A stretch of DNA of 52,963 bases from Micavibrio sp. GTDB lineage: Bacteria > Patescibacteriota > Minisyncoccia > Moranbacterales > GCA-2747515. Location of the stretch: assembly GCA_020718085.1 (NCBI GenBank), contig DYDB01000003.1, forward strand, positions 6,606 to 59,568. The letters are read 5' to 3'. Positions within the stretch are counted from its first letter, which is position 1, and every line of letters starts with the position of its first letter. Shown piece after piece: positions 9,058-20,700 of this stretch. The notes under the pieces were generated by a model that ran no database searches, was not told where the DNA came from, and saw nothing but the letters and a program-made list of their open reading frames with translations. The position numbers were made by a program, and so were the translations under genes.

Positions 9058-11898
9058 CTATAAAAATTTTGCTGTAGGACTTTTTTTATTTTTTTTCAAT
9101 TTTTCCGGTATACCGCTAAAGATCAATTCCCCGCCTTTTTGTCCACCATCCGGACCAAGCTCAATCACCCAATCCGCATGTCGGATCACATCTAAATTAT
9201 GCTCCACAACTAAAACAGTGTTTCCCTTGTCAACGAGCCCATCCAACATATGCAACAATTTCTTTGTATCATCAAAATGTAATCCGGTTGTAGGTTCATC
9301 CAAGATATATAATGTTCTTCCCGTTGATTTACGAGCAAGTTCCGTCGCCAATTTAATACGCTGCGCCTCACCACCGGAAAGATTTGTTGCACTTTGTCCA
9401 AGATGAATATATCCTAGTCCAACTTTCTTCATTGCTGAGAGTTTTTCTTTGATAAGCGCATGGTTTTTAAAAAATTCATATGCATAGTCCACACTCATAT
9501 CTAACACATCTGCAATTGTCACACCATTGTATTCCACATCCAAAATACGACTATGATAGCGACTTCCCCCACAAGCCTCACATGGCACATACATGTCCGG
9601 AAGCAAGTGCATTTCAACTTTGACAGAACCATCCCCGCGACACACTTCACAGCGACCCCCTCTCATATTGAAGCTAAAATGACTGGCATCAAAACCTTTT
9701 TCCTTTGCACTATCTGTGCCGGCAAAAAGATCGCGAATATGCGTGAATACACCTGTGTATGTTGCCGTGTTAGATCGCGGCGTACGCCCAATCGGGTTTT
9801 GATCGATCGTGATCACTTTGTTGATATTTTGCAATCCAGTAATTTTTTTGTATTTACCAGGCTCGACTGATGAGCGATGAAATTTTTGTGCAAGGATGCG
9901 TGAAAGGATCTTATGCACCAAGGTTGATTTTCCACTGCCAGAAACACCACATACAGTGATGAACATTCCTAAGGGAAACGATACGGTCACATCGCGCAAA
10001 TTATGTTCACTAGCCCCAAAAACAGTAACATCCTTACCATTGCCTTTGCGTTTTTTCTTTTTCTCCGCCACAGTCAATTTCCCGGAAATATATTTTGCCG
10101 TTGCAGTTTTTGCTTGCATCATTTTTTGCAGCGTCCCCGAGAAAACCAGCTTGCCACCTTCATCTCCGGCACCCGGTCCCATATCTACGATCCAATCCGC
10201 TTGCTTCATTACATCCGCATCATGTTCAACGACAATGAGCGTATTTTGTGATGCTTGAAGTCGCTTCATGGCATTTAAGAGTCGCATTGTATCTCGACTA
10301 TGTAAACCTGCAGTTGGTTCATCCAAGACATAAATTACACCCGTAAGATCGGACTTGATCTGCACGGCCAAACGAATGCGTTGCGCTTCACCACCGGAAA
10401 GTGTATTACTAGATCGCGATAGCGTGAGATATTCCACGCCAACATCACACAGCGCTTGTGCACGCGCATGCATTTCTGATACAAGCGCATCGATCATCAT
10501 TTTTTCCTCACGTGAAAAATAACCATGATCTTTGATATGCGTTATTTTATGCACAAATTCACTGAGTGGCAAAGACACAAAATGATCAATGGTATTCTCA
10601 CCGACCGTTACCGCGAGATATTCTTTTTTTAGTCGCTTGCCCTCACATGAAAAACAGACGCGCTCCACCATATAGCGCTCCAATTCTCTGCGCATATATT
10701 CCGATTTCGTATTACGATAACGTTCTTCCAGATCAGAAATAATACCCTTGAAATCATCTTGCGATTGTGATACGCCATAAAAAATAATTGCAAGATTGGC
10801 CTTGGATATTTTTTTAACAGGTTCCGACAAAGAAAAATTGTATTGCTTTGCAATTTTTTCCAAACTTTTTTTATGTTTACTATAGGCAGTATTTTTTCCT
10901 CCAGATTTACTCCAAATATGGATCGCTCCCTCTTCAATAGATAAATTATCATTGGGAATCAAAAGATTCGGATCGATCTCATTTTTAATTCCCAAACCGT
11001 CACATTCTGCACATGCACCATCAGGATTATTGAATGAAAAGCACCGTGGCGTGATCTCCGAAAGACGAAATCCTGATTCTTTGCAATAATAGTCACGAGA
11101 AAATTCTTCCTCTTTTTTGTCATCGTAAGAAACCACACACAAACCGCCGGACAATTTCATTGCTGTCTCAATTGAATCCATCAGACATTCGCGATCCAGA
11201 TAGCTCATTTTATGTTCAAATCGATCGATCACAATATCAATGTCCACAGAAACTGCATCGCTTACGACCATTTCCGCTTCCGCCACAGTCACAACCTTAT
11301 GATTAAAGCGCACACGCACATATCCCTCTTTCTTAATGCCTTGCAAGATCTCTGTATTATTTTTTTTACGTGTATCGACTGGTGAAAGAATTGTGACAAG
11401 TTGCCCTTCTGCAGTTTTCATGATCTGTAGTGCAATATCACGTACACTTTTCCTTTTGAGCGGCCTCCCTGTTGTTGGGCAATGTGGCACACCAACAGAT
11501 GCAAAAAGAATACGCAAATAATCATAAATTTCCGTCATCGTACCTACAGTCGAACGAATGCTTTTGCTTACACTTTTTTGATCAATTGCAATAGCTGGTG
11601 AAATGTTCTCTATGCGATCCACATCAGGCTTGTTCATTACACCCATTACACTACGAGCATGTGTTGACAAGCTCTCCATAAAGCGACGATTGCTTTCTGC
11701 ATAAATAACGTCAAACGCCAAAGAGCTTTTCCCAGAACCGGACAGTCCTGTGACTACGGTCATTTTATTACGCGGAATATCCACCGATACGTTTTTAAGA
11801 TTATTAACGCGTGCATTGTGGATAGAAATTTTTGTCGGATCAGAAGTTTTTTCTACATGAGATTTCTTTTTTTTGAAAGATGTGTGTGATCGATCCAT
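9058..11898 (-). CDS. uvrA: Excinuclease ABC subunit A
   Basis: Two ABC modules (GLSGSGKS, GVSGSGKS; LSGGEAQRI x2; LDEPT x2), FSFN, CAECDG and CEVC/CEAC zinc fingers. Confidence 0.97.
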   Translation of the reverse strand: MDRSHTSFKKKKSHVEKTSDPTKISIHNARVNNLKNVSVDIPRNKMTVVTGLSGSGKSSLAFDVIYAESNRRFMESLSTHARSVMGVMNKPDVDRIENISPAIAIDQKSVSKSIRSTVGTMTEIYDYLRILFASVGVPHCPTTGRPLKRKSVRDIALQIMKTAEGQLVTILSPVDTRKKNNTEILQGIKKEGYVRVRFNHKVVTVAEAEMVVSDAVSVDIDIVIDRFEHKMSYLDRECLMDSIETAMKLSGGLCVVSYDDKKEEEFSRDYYCKESGFRLSEITPRCFSFNNPDGACAECDGLGIKNEIDPNLLIPNDNLSIEEGAIHIWSKSGGKNTAYSKHKKSLEKIAKQYNFSLSEPVKKISKANLAIIFYGVSQSQDDFKGIISDLEERYRNTKSEYMRRELERYMVERVCFSCEGKRLKKEYLAVTVGENTIDHFVSLPLSEFVHKITHIKDHGYFSREEKMMIDALVSEMHARAQALCDVGVEYLTLSRSSNTLSGGEAQRIRLAVQIKSDLTGVIYVLDEPTAGLHSRDTMRLLNAMKRLQASQNTLIVVEHDADVMKQADWIVDMGPGAGDEGGKLVFSGTLQKMMQAKTATAKYISGKLTVAEKKKKRKGNGKDVTVFGASEHNLRDVTVSFPLGMFITVCGVSGSGKSTLVHKILSRILAQKFHRSSVEPGKYKKITGLQNINKVITIDQNPIGRTPRSNTATYTGVFTHIRDLFAGTDSAKEKGFDASHFSFNMRGGRCEVCRGDGSVKVEMHLLPDMYVPCEACGGSRYHSRILDVEYNGVTIADVLDMSVDYAYEFFKNHALIKEKLSAMKKVGLGYIHLGQSATNLSGGEAQRIKLATELARKSTGRTLYILDEPTTGLHFDDTKKLLHMLDGLVDKGNTVLVVEHNLDVIRHADWVIELGPDGGQKGGELIFSGIPEKLKKNKKSPTAKFL

Positions 11899-11938
11899 AG
11901 ATATATATGAATTTAAAATATGGCGGCATTAGTTTCCC

Positions 11939-11967
11939 ATTTTAGACCATTTTTAGCCAATGGTCAA
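11939..11967 (-). promoter_or_regulatory. uvrA promoter with palindromic operator candidate
   Basis: TTGACC-17 nt-TAAAAT; GACCATT-N7-AATGGTC inverted repeat at 11945..11965. Confidence 0.6.
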
Positions 11968-12041
11968 GAATCCATCGCAAATACAAAAACTCTCCTATCA
12001 TGAAGAGTTCTTTCAAAAATGATCACAAAATGAAAAATTGA

Positions 12042-12380
12042 TCAATTTTTGCTCGTGTTTTCTGCAATATGCTTTTCCAGATCCGCGATCGCTCCCGCAA
12101 CAATTGCATCATAATCCGATACATGCACACGCATAAATTCTTCAATTTTGCTCATATCCACAACTTCAGGATCTGCCATCATATCCTCAAGAGTTTTTCT
12201 TTGAGTTTCGTCGAGCACTTCATACACATTCACCAGAACGCGTTTTATCACAGATTCTGTCATTTTCTCGACTACGCTCTGCTGTTGTATATCGCCAAGA
12301 TTGTCAAAACCAAATTTTTGTGCAATAACGTGATAAATATCTTGTTGCATATTTTGTTCATTGTTTTGTGTATTGTCCAT
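12042..12380 (-). CDS. Small acidic DUF5663-like protein (paralog of 17437..17760)
   Basis: IAQKFGF, MTESVIKRVL, IEEFMR, DYDAI..AIADL.KHIAE.S shared with the paralog; family name from recognition, unverified. Confidence 0.75.
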   Translation of the reverse strand: MDNTQNNEQNMQQDIYHVIAQKFGFDNLGDIQQQSVVEKMTESVIKRVLVNVYEVLDETQRKTLEDMMADPEVVDMSKIEEFMRVHVSDYDAIVAGAIADLEKHIAENTSKN

Positions 12381-12425
12381 AGAATATGATAGATTTATGA
12401 TTTACATGAAAATTTAAGTGAGTGG

Positions 12426-14315
12426 TCAGACAAAAATTTTGTCCAACGGAATTTTTTTGTTTGCAGCATGTACAGCAATACGCGTAAAATACGTACCAAT
12501 TGTTGTATTATTTTTTGGCGTTGCCACTTCATGGCCCAAATATTTCTTTGCCAGATTCACTACACGATCCACTTGCTGTTGTGTAACTTCATTATTATTT
12601 TCAAGTAGGCCCATAGGCATACTTCCTACATTTTTTGCCGGCAATCCATACAATTTCTGGATCTCCGTTGCAATAGAATTATTAAACTGCGGATCTTTGA
12701 TCATCTCTGCGATCACCGCTTTTTCTTGAGCTAAGCTCATTACTCCCGTTGGCATTTTTTCCACAACGGTGGCAGATGGCATAACTGGAGCTTTTTCCAT
12801 TCTTGGCGCCGCATGTTCCGTCATCGAAACATTTCCACTTGGTGTAATCTGTTCAGTCGCAGGTGCTACTGTCGATTGCACTGCTTCAACACCTTTAGCA
12901 ACACCGCCTACAGTCTCAATATTACCACTTTCTGAAGGAAAGACCTTCTTCATCGCATTAAGTCGACTGGCAATATCTTCCTTTGCTTTTGGCACTTCTG
13001 TTGTCTGTGGAGATGTAACTTCGATCGCTTCATGTGGCACACCAACATTTTCTACCTCCGGTTGCACATTGACTGATGCCATCTCTTGCGCAGCACCAAA
13101 AGATCCTTTCATTTTATTGAGACTTGTGAGAAGGTCATTTTTCGAAGACTGCTCTACCACATTCTGGACCTTTTCCGTAGATTCCACCATTATCGTTTCT
13201 TGTGGCACTGCTTGTCCATTTATTTCAACCGGTGATTCATTCTGAAATGTTGCTGTGATATTTTCCGTATTAATACCCATTCCTTGCGCAGCATTGTGTG
13301 CCAATTCTTGTTGTGCACGCATTTCCTCCATAGCCTTTTGAATGAGCACTGTATTACCACCTTTTGGTGTATGCTCCACTGCTTCAAGAGTAACTTGTTC
13401 TGCTGCAGGGATCTCTGCAGCAGAAACTTCTCCTACACTAAAAACCTTACCCACCTCTCCCAATGCCATAATGCCGGCAGCAGCACCAATTCCAACCATG
13501 ACACGCTGTTTACGATCAGCCAATTTTCCTTGGAACATCTCATCAATTTTCTGAAACGATGTATCATCAAAACCTTTAAGATGCGCCATCTGGTCCTCTA
13601 TGCTCAAACTTTTAAAATTATCCATCGTTTCAGTTACATGCGCTTGTTCTTTTTTCTGTGCACGTGCTTCCATCCACCCTGTTGCACCAACACCGGCAAC
13701 AGTCGCTCCCAATACACGCTTACCCATCGCTGCGGCACCCAAAACACCCGCCGCAGCACCGACACCTGTTGCCAAGCCTCCGGCAAAAAGAGCTGCAGAA
13801 ACTGCAATTTTGTATTTTGTAGGAACCTTCTTATACCATTCTGCTGTTTTCTGTATCACCTCACCACATTTTCCACCAAAAGTTTCCGCCTTTGCCTTGC
13901 TATGACTGTCAACGAGATTGCAACTTTCCTGAAGCTCAAAAGTCTTCAGCTCTGCCAAAGATTCTTTTTTTTGCTCTTCCGGCAATTGATCAACGCGTGC
14001 AAGATGTGCTTCGCGATACTGCGCAAGAGATGTGTTATATGCTTTTCTCATAACATCAGAATCCACATCTTGCCCCGTATCCACATCCCCCAAAAATTGT
14101 TTAAGTTTATTTATGGTACTTTCCCGCCTTTGAAGCACACGTGCATAGTCGTCACGCGCAGTATCCAAAGCCTTTTTTAAAGACTCCATGTCCACCTCTC
14201 TTGCCTCACTTTGCGATTCAGCAGGCTCCATGTCACCTTCCATTTTTTCGGATGAATGCTGTTCTGTTGCAGAAGTTTGTGATGCAGATATATTTTTTTC
14301 AGGATCAAATGACAT
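12426..14315 (-). CDS. Large hypothetical protein with Gly/Ala-rich hydrophobic hairpin (paralog family A, 629 aa)
   Basis: Long ORF; helical N-domain, two Gly/Ala-rich hydrophobic stretches, low-complexity linker, C-terminal domain shared with 17790..22229. Confidence 0.85.
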   Translation of the reverse strand: MSFDPEKNISASQTSATEQHSSEKMEGDMEPAESQSEAREVDMESLKKALDTARDDYARVLQRRESTINKLKQFLGDVDTGQDVDSDVMRKAYNTSLAQYREAHLARVDQLPEEQKKESLAELKTFELQESCNLVDSHSKAKAETFGGKCGEVIQKTAEWYKKVPTKYKIAVSAALFAGGLATGVGAAAGVLGAAAMGKRVLGATVAGVGATGWMEARAQKKEQAHVTETMDNFKSLSIEDQMAHLKGFDDTSFQKIDEMFQGKLADRKQRVMVGIGAAAGIMALGEVGKVFSVGEVSAAEIPAAEQVTLEAVEHTPKGGNTVLIQKAMEEMRAQQELAHNAAQGMGINTENITATFQNESPVEINGQAVPQETIMVESTEKVQNVVEQSSKNDLLTSLNKMKGSFGAAQEMASVNVQPEVENVGVPHEAIEVTSPQTTEVPKAKEDIASRLNAMKKVFPSESGNIETVGGVAKGVEAVQSTVAPATEQITPSGNVSMTEHAAPRMEKAPVMPSATVVEKMPTGVMSLAQEKAVIAEMIKDPQFNNSIATEIQKLYGLPAKNVGSMPMGLLENNNEVTQQQVDRVVNLAKKYLGHEVATPKNNTTIGTYFTRIAVHAANKKIPLDKIFV

Positions 14316-14459
14316 AATATTATACTTAAATGGATCACTACTATTTTACATCATACCAATATGAAATGGAATGACCAAAATAGCTTCTATACATCTCAAC
14401 GGAATATTGAACTATGCACTGAACGAGGATTCATTTTCACGATACAATGCAGCCGCCAC

Positions 14460-16958
14460 TTATGTCTTCCAAAAATGTTCTGACGCAGCTGTACCTTGCG
14501 ACTGTGCATGCGCTTGTAAAGCTTGTACTGTGCGACCAACTACCTCACGTTCCACGATCTCACGGTCACGTCCATATTTCAATCGTGAGAGTTCCTTTAT
14601 CGGTTCCACGATATCCAGATTTCCTTCTGTCGGAAGTGGTGCCTTCATATTAAACGGTGACGTAGAAACATTATTAAGCAAAAGTTTTGCAAAATAATGG
14701 TAGTTGTCCACATTGGTCAAATCCTGTGCCGTAAAGATCGGTGCAAACTGTTTTTCAAGAAATTCCGCATCTTCCGGACCGACGCGATATGCGGCAAGTG
14801 AACCAACGTTACCAAACACTGCTTTGGAAATTCCTTCCGATAATTGACCAATGAATTGATGTGCAATGATAAGCGCCAATCGATATTTACGCGCTTCTGA
14901 CAAAATTTGTGCAATTGAGTCTGTCGTTACATTTTGAAATTCATCGATATACAAATAGAAATCTTTACGATCTTGCTCAGCCATGTCGACACGACCCAGT
15001 CCTGCCATCAACAATTTACCCACAACGATCATGCCCAAAAGATGACTGTTCGTTTCTCCGATCTTACCCTTCGATAAATTCACAAGTAAAATTTTCTGAT
15101 TATCCATGACATTGCGAAAATCCAGTGTACTTTTTTGTTGAGAAATGATTGGACGCATCATATCATTGGAGAGAAATGGCGTAAGTTTTGATGTGATATA
15201 CGGCACCATGTTTGCAAGCGCAGCTTCACCACCGGCTTTTTCAGCCTCGTTCGTCCAAAAATCCCTCACAACTGAATTTTTACATTTTGACAATTTCATG
15301 CGACGAAAATCTTCATCTGCCAAAACTTTTGGAATTTCCATAAGCGTTGAACCTGACTCCGGATCATCCATGATCAAAAGCATTGCATTGCGCATGTATT
15401 GCTCGAACATCGGACCGCCAGTTGCCTTGAGGTCATAAAGCTTATCAAAAATGTTGATGATCTCATTAACAACAAATGTCTTCTCTTCGGGCTTATTATA
15501 TTCCAACATATTGAGACCAAATGGACGTTCTGTATCCGATGGATCAAAATACACTACATCTTCTGCTCGTTCCTTCGGCACAGCAGTCAATATCTTTGCG
15601 ATCGCATCTCCATGCGGATCAATAAAACACATACCATGTCCGTTACGAACGTCCTGTTTTGCCATTTCCTCCAAGAGTGTGGACTTACCCACGCCAGTTT
15701 GTCCAATGACATACAGATGTCGTCTTCGATCATTTTGTGAAAGATATACGTCAGTATTTACACCACGATAATCATTCCATCCTAAATAGACGCCTTCTTT
15801 TGGAATATCAGTTGGTGGTGGTGCACTTCCGGCTTTGAGCCATTTAATCTTTGGCGTTTCCGTTGTAGAGATCGGAAAGTGAAATATGCTGGCAATTTCC
15901 TCCACACCAAGCAATACACCGGCGGAATCATCAAATGCACGAAAAATATAATTAAAAGCTTGACGCTTTGCTTTTGAACCAAAACGCTTGATCACAAAAT
16001 GATTAATGCCATGATTTTCGAACTGTGAGAACGCATTTTCCATATGTGATAAAATTTCCTCTGCACGACTCTGTGTGCTCGCTGACGCAATAAGTCGAAT
16101 ATTCACCATGAAAGCGGACTTCGATGTTTTCATTTCAATTGATTTGACCAATTCTTGTTCTTCCGGTGTAAGCTGAATATTTTTTTCCATCGAATGTTGA
16201 TCAGCTTTCTTTGTGACAAACGCTTTATTTGCTTCCTTGAAGAGCTGTCCTGCAATTGTTCTGTCCACATCCTTTAATTGTTTACCTTGTTGCATTTCAT
16301 GAGCGAATTTGCGACCTTTCGCACGCCATCCCATGCCCGCATCATGCAAAATGATCTGAATACTTGCACCTTCATCATGAGAGTTTAATTTGCTGAATGC
16401 TGTTGTAATTTCACTAAGCGGATCTTTTTCCATACGTTCATATGTACGCACTGGCAATGCAAAGCTCTTCTTAAGCGTAACGACGCCCATTGCTGTTTTT
16501 GATCCCGGAGTAAAAATTGTATAATCATCAATTTTCTCGATTGATGAATCTGAAAAGTAACTATGCACTTGTTTTTCAAGAGATGACCGATATTTTTTTG
16601 GCACAGAAATATAAAAGAATATTTCTTCCTTGCCGGCTGGATTTGCAATTTCCAGCGTAATCGTCGGTTTTCCATAAAAAAATGATTTCCACGACAATTT
16701 TTTATCCTTCAATTGTGCAAGAGACGTCAATAACTGCTCCATCACACCAATTTCCTCTTTCCACTTTTCAGGATTTTGCATCCCGACATCATTACGGTTT
16801 TTATTTTGTGCAACACGAATCACCTCCAAATCCTCATTCATCGAACGATTGATGATTACGCGATATCCAAAAATACTTTTGAAAATCAAAGAAACTCCTG
16901 TGCCCACACTGATAAGTGCCAAGACAATGATCAGAACAATGAAAATCAAGTCAACCAT
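14460..16958 (-). CDS. VirD4/TraD/TrwB-like type IV coupling ATPase (HerA/FtsK superfamily)
   Basis: N-terminal TM; DRRRHLYVIGQTGVGKS (Walker A), IDPHGD, YLYIDEFQN (Walker B), LSEARKY, AHQFIGQL, AVFGNVG. Confidence 0.9.
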   Translation of the reverse strand: MVDLIFIVLIIVLALISVGTGVSLIFKSIFGYRVIINRSMNEDLEVIRVAQNKNRNDVGMQNPEKWKEEIGVMEQLLTSLAQLKDKKLSWKSFFYGKPTITLEIANPAGKEEIFFYISVPKKYRSSLEKQVHSYFSDSSIEKIDDYTIFTPGSKTAMGVVTLKKSFALPVRTYERMEKDPLSEITTAFSKLNSHDEGASIQIILHDAGMGWRAKGRKFAHEMQQGKQLKDVDRTIAGQLFKEANKAFVTKKADQHSMEKNIQLTPEEQELVKSIEMKTSKSAFMVNIRLIASASTQSRAEEILSHMENAFSQFENHGINHFVIKRFGSKAKRQAFNYIFRAFDDSAGVLLGVEEIASIFHFPISTTETPKIKWLKAGSAPPPTDIPKEGVYLGWNDYRGVNTDVYLSQNDRRRHLYVIGQTGVGKSTLLEEMAKQDVRNGHGMCFIDPHGDAIAKILTAVPKERAEDVVYFDPSDTERPFGLNMLEYNKPEEKTFVVNEIINIFDKLYDLKATGGPMFEQYMRNAMLLIMDDPESGSTLMEIPKVLADEDFRRMKLSKCKNSVVRDFWTNEAEKAGGEAALANMVPYITSKLTPFLSNDMMRPIISQQKSTLDFRNVMDNQKILLVNLSKGKIGETNSHLLGMIVVGKLLMAGLGRVDMAEQDRKDFYLYIDEFQNVTTDSIAQILSEARKYRLALIIAHQFIGQLSEGISKAVFGNVGSLAAYRVGPEDAEFLEKQFAPIFTAQDLTNVDNYHYFAKLLLNNVSTSPFNMKAPLPTEGNLDIVEPIKELSRLKYGRDREIVEREVVGRTVQALQAHAQSQGTAASEHFWKT

Positions 16959-16989
16959 AAAAATTTTTGTATTAAAAAATTGCGAAATG

Positions 16990-17421
16990 TTATTCTTCGA
17001 TCAATCCTTTGGCAAGAAGTGCCTGATAAAATTCCTCGGCACGCATACGGTCATGTAATTGATCCAATACGTAAAAATCTTCTGTGTGTTGCGCTACCTT
17101 TACTGCATGTATCACACCTTTTGTAGTTGCAATATCCATCAAATGTGATATTTGTGATTCCAGATCGGTCATCTGATGCAACATGCTAGCATCTTGTGCT
17201 ACAGCTGCAGCGTTCGTTTGCTGCGTTGTTGCCACCTGAGAGAGTATCTTTGCATATACAGTGTCATCTTGTGCACGTGGCACCTCAGAAGCAACTTCGC
17301 GGACAGTCTCCTTCTCAGAGAGATTAGGATCCTGCGACATCCCAGCATTGAAACGATCCTCTAAATTTACGTTTTCTGGACTAATATTCTCGTTGTTCAT
17401 TTTACCTTGTGGTTCCAACAT
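16990..17421 (-). CDS. Hypothetical protein directly upstream of the coupling ATPase
   Basis: Co-oriented ORF with short gaps; helical C-terminus KGVIHAVKVA..FYVLDQLHD. Confidence 0.75.
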   Translation of the reverse strand: MLEPQGKMNNENISPENVNLEDRFNAGMSQDPNLSEKETVREVASEVPRAQDDTVYAKILSQVATTQQTNAAAVAQDASMLHQMTDLESQISHLMDIATTKGVIHAVKVAQHTEDFYVLDQLHDRMRAEEFYQALLAKGLIEE

Positions 17422-17436
17422 ATTTTTTAGAAAAAA

Positions 17437-17760
17437 CTACATGGCAGATGTTTCTGCAATGTGCTTTTTGAGATCAGCGATCGCCTCATTGATGATCGCA
17501 TCATAATCAGTTAATTTTTCACGCAAAAATTCTTCGATCGCATTTGGATCAACACTTTCGATATTTTCCATCAATTCTTCAAAACGCTTTCGATCAGAAC
17601 TACTTAACTTTGTATAAGCATCCAAGAGAACACGCTTGATCACCGATTCCGTCATGCGTTCGATCAATCGTTCTTGTCGATCAGAATCAAGGTCTGTAAA
17701 ACCGAATTCCTGCGCGATCACTTCCTGAATTGTTTGCGGTTGTTGTACATCTTGTGTCAT
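17437..17760 (-). CDS. Small acidic DUF5663-like protein
   Basis: Clear paralog of 12042..12380. Confidence 0.78.
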   Translation of the reverse strand: MTQDVQQPQTIQEVIAQEFGFTDLDSDRQERLIERMTESVIKRVLLDAYTKLSSSDRKRFEELMENIESVDPNAIEEFLREKLTDYDAIINEAIADLKKHIAETSAM

Positions 17761-17789
17761 AATTTTGCTTTAATTATTTGTATTATACC

Positions 17790-20700
17790 CTAATTTTGTT
17801 CTGGAGGGAAAATGCGATCAACTGTGCCCGTGACTTTTGCGCGTGCCATAATACTTGCAAAATATGAGCGCACTGTTGCACCAGGCCTTGGTTCACCGAT
17901 CTCCGGTCCAAATACATCTTTTGCGCGTGAGATCACATCCTCCAGATTAAATTGAGCCTTGCTAAGATAGCCTGCGGAGGCAGCGACGCTATCCGCACGT
18001 AAAAATGATATCTTCGCGCCTGCAATATTTTCTATACGATTTGTATCAAATGTGCTTCGCATTTCTCTAGCCACCGCACGCACAAAATCATCCTCATGAA
18101 AACGCGGCTGTTCTCGTAAAGCTCGCATGATCTGATCGTCAGGGAAATTCTTATACGTATCCACAGAATGCTCCGCGACATCTCGCGCATGAGCCGCATT
18201 TTCACCTTGTGACATCAGATCATTCAGATGTCTTGCAGTCTTTACGCGCTGCAGCTGATCGGGTGTATACAATTCCTCAGGCACAGGTTTTCCGTTGATC
18301 TCAACAGGCACTCCACCTTGAAGTTTTGCTTTGACATTGAAAATATCCTTTTCTCCCATCTTTTCAGCAAAAGATTGGCTTAACTGTGCATTTTTATGTA
18401 ATGCATCCGTACTGTTTTGCATGAATTCTTTTGCAAGAGGTGAGCGACGTATGATCTTTTCATGTCCCTGTTCCAAAGATGGTTGCACATCATGACCGGG
18501 ACGAATTTCTCGCGCGGAATCATAGAAACTTTTTCCATTACTTTCGAGGTGCTCACGCAACTTCATGTTAAGTTTCATCATTGCCTGTCTTTTCTCCATC
18601 GCATCTCCGAAAATACTTGTATCGTTTTTATATTCACTTGCCAATTTCTGTGCGTATTCTTTATCAACACCCCTCTGTGTCAACTCCTTGGCAATATCAC
18701 CAGCCGGTGTATCGGGCGTAAATGAAAAACCAGTTGACATTACTCGCGTACCTTCCTTATGTGAAAAAAACTCATCCGCATTTTTTGAACGACGCACCAC
18801 GCGCTCATCACCATTCTGCGTTGTATGTTCTTGCTTCTGTCGTATTTCAGTGGGTTGTTCCGCTTGTTCCTGAACATTTTCAACAGGCGCTGTTGGTGTT
18901 TCAATTTTCACTGCATTCTCGACAACGGGATCTTGCAAAGAACTGATCTCATGTGTACGTAAAACTTCCATCACGGTCTTATTCGATAGATCGATGTTTT
19001 TTTCGCCAATAATCTTGATAAAGGCCTTATCAAAATTCGATTGTGCCTTATCAGGATTTACATGTTTGATCTCCTCAAAATATTTATCTGCCGGTGCCTT
19101 GTCAAAAAATGTATATTGATCTTCATTCATGCCAAACATGCGTTGCATATCGCCTTTTGTATATATCTCCTTCACAACACTTTCAGCTTGATCACCAACA
19201 TTTTCCGGAGATATTGCATGCGGAAGTTCAACTTTTGTCGCATCCGGTACAATATGTGGCCCACCCTCAAAATCAATATTCGTTTTGACATCTGCCAAAT
19301 TATGCAAATCAAGAATAATTTTTGTATCGGGCCTGATATGATCAATATCTATACCAGGATGTGCTTTTGCATATTCGTTTGCCAAAACTGTCGCACGCGT
19401 TTGCGCCCATTCGTGCACACTGTGATATTTCTCCGGATCCCATCCCATTTTACCCTCTGAAAGAATTTTGTGATTTTCTTGATTTTCGAGAAACTCTTGA
19501 ATTGTTCTACTGATATTTGATCCTTCTTTTACTGCTAAAATACCAATACCTTTTTCTGGATCAATAGAAATATCTCCTGTAAGTTCTTTCCACCGTGACA
19601 CATTCATTTCCTGTGCACTAGCAGAAACATCTTGAGAGTCAGCAACATTCATACCATCATACATTCTAGTATCAACCCATGCAGACTGCATCTTACCACG
19701 CGTCAATTCTTCAAAATTATATCTTTTCAACCCCATCTCACGATCAACCGCTGTCACTGGAATATGATTAATTGATTGAGGAACACCCTCATTATCATAA
19801 ATAATATCGTGCACATCCCTAATGTTCATTTGTTCTGCAAAAATCTTCCCTAATAAATGAGACTTCGCAAGAGGATCAAGCCCCTCAACACCCTCTTTTT
19901 TCAGCCCCTGTTCTTCACCTTGTCCTGAGATATCCGTTGACGCCGCGCGTATTGTTTCTTGTGAGAGACTAGGATCTGATTCCAAACCGGCTCCCGGTAC
20001 ATGAACCTGTCCAACGTGTCCCAAGTAGCTCGGCTTGTAACCATATTTTTCCCAAATTTCTTGTGGCACAGGTTTACCATTTAAGATCACAGAGCCTTCA
20101 TGTATATCCAATGTTGGATTTTGATCGGTGATATGCATTTCCTGTGCAACACGTTGCGCCGTTATTACATCGCGTTCTAAATGCACGCGATCAGCGATCA
20201 TGTTGGACCGTGCGATCATTCCCTTTTCCCAATTATTGATCACTTCCTGTCTTGGTGTATCCGGATGTTCCTCTACAAACTTTTTGAAAGCCTCCGTATT
20301 GTATTCTTTCTGAAAATCTGCATACGCTTGCGTATCATGAAATCCTTGCGATTGAAATTCCGTAATGTGATCATTGTAAGAAGTATATTTATCGAGCCAT
20401 GCTTCCGTAACTGATCCATCGCGCAAAGCTGCTTCCACTTCCGCACCATCTATGTTCTTTGGTTCCACATCCAAAAGTGGTTTACCTGCACGATTAAGAA
20501 ACGCGTGATCCACACTCGTATCACTTTTTACAATATCTTCTGCACCATGCGCATCACCACCCATAAGCATAAATACACTTCCTCCGGCAATCGCGCCGGT
20601 GATCAATCCCGCAAGCTTTGCGTTACCGGAAATTGCCTCCAAACGCTTTGCATCATTCACGATCGTGCCATGGTCAAAATCCATGAGGCGTAAAAATTTT

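Noticed and set aside
11080-11490. Degenerate zinc finger in UvrA (CPTT / CKES)
   Set aside because: Loss of this zinc site occurs in other UvrA lineages; both ATPase modules are intact.
13284-14180. 298 aa plus-strand ORF and the many other antisense or overlapping ORFs (e.g. 33994..34749)
   Set aside because: Shadows of well-supported opposite-strand genes, with implausible composition and no motifs.
14460-16958. Conjugative element/ICE
   Set aside because: No relaxase, integrase, VirB4 or att-flanked boundaries in the window; neighbours are chromosomal genes.
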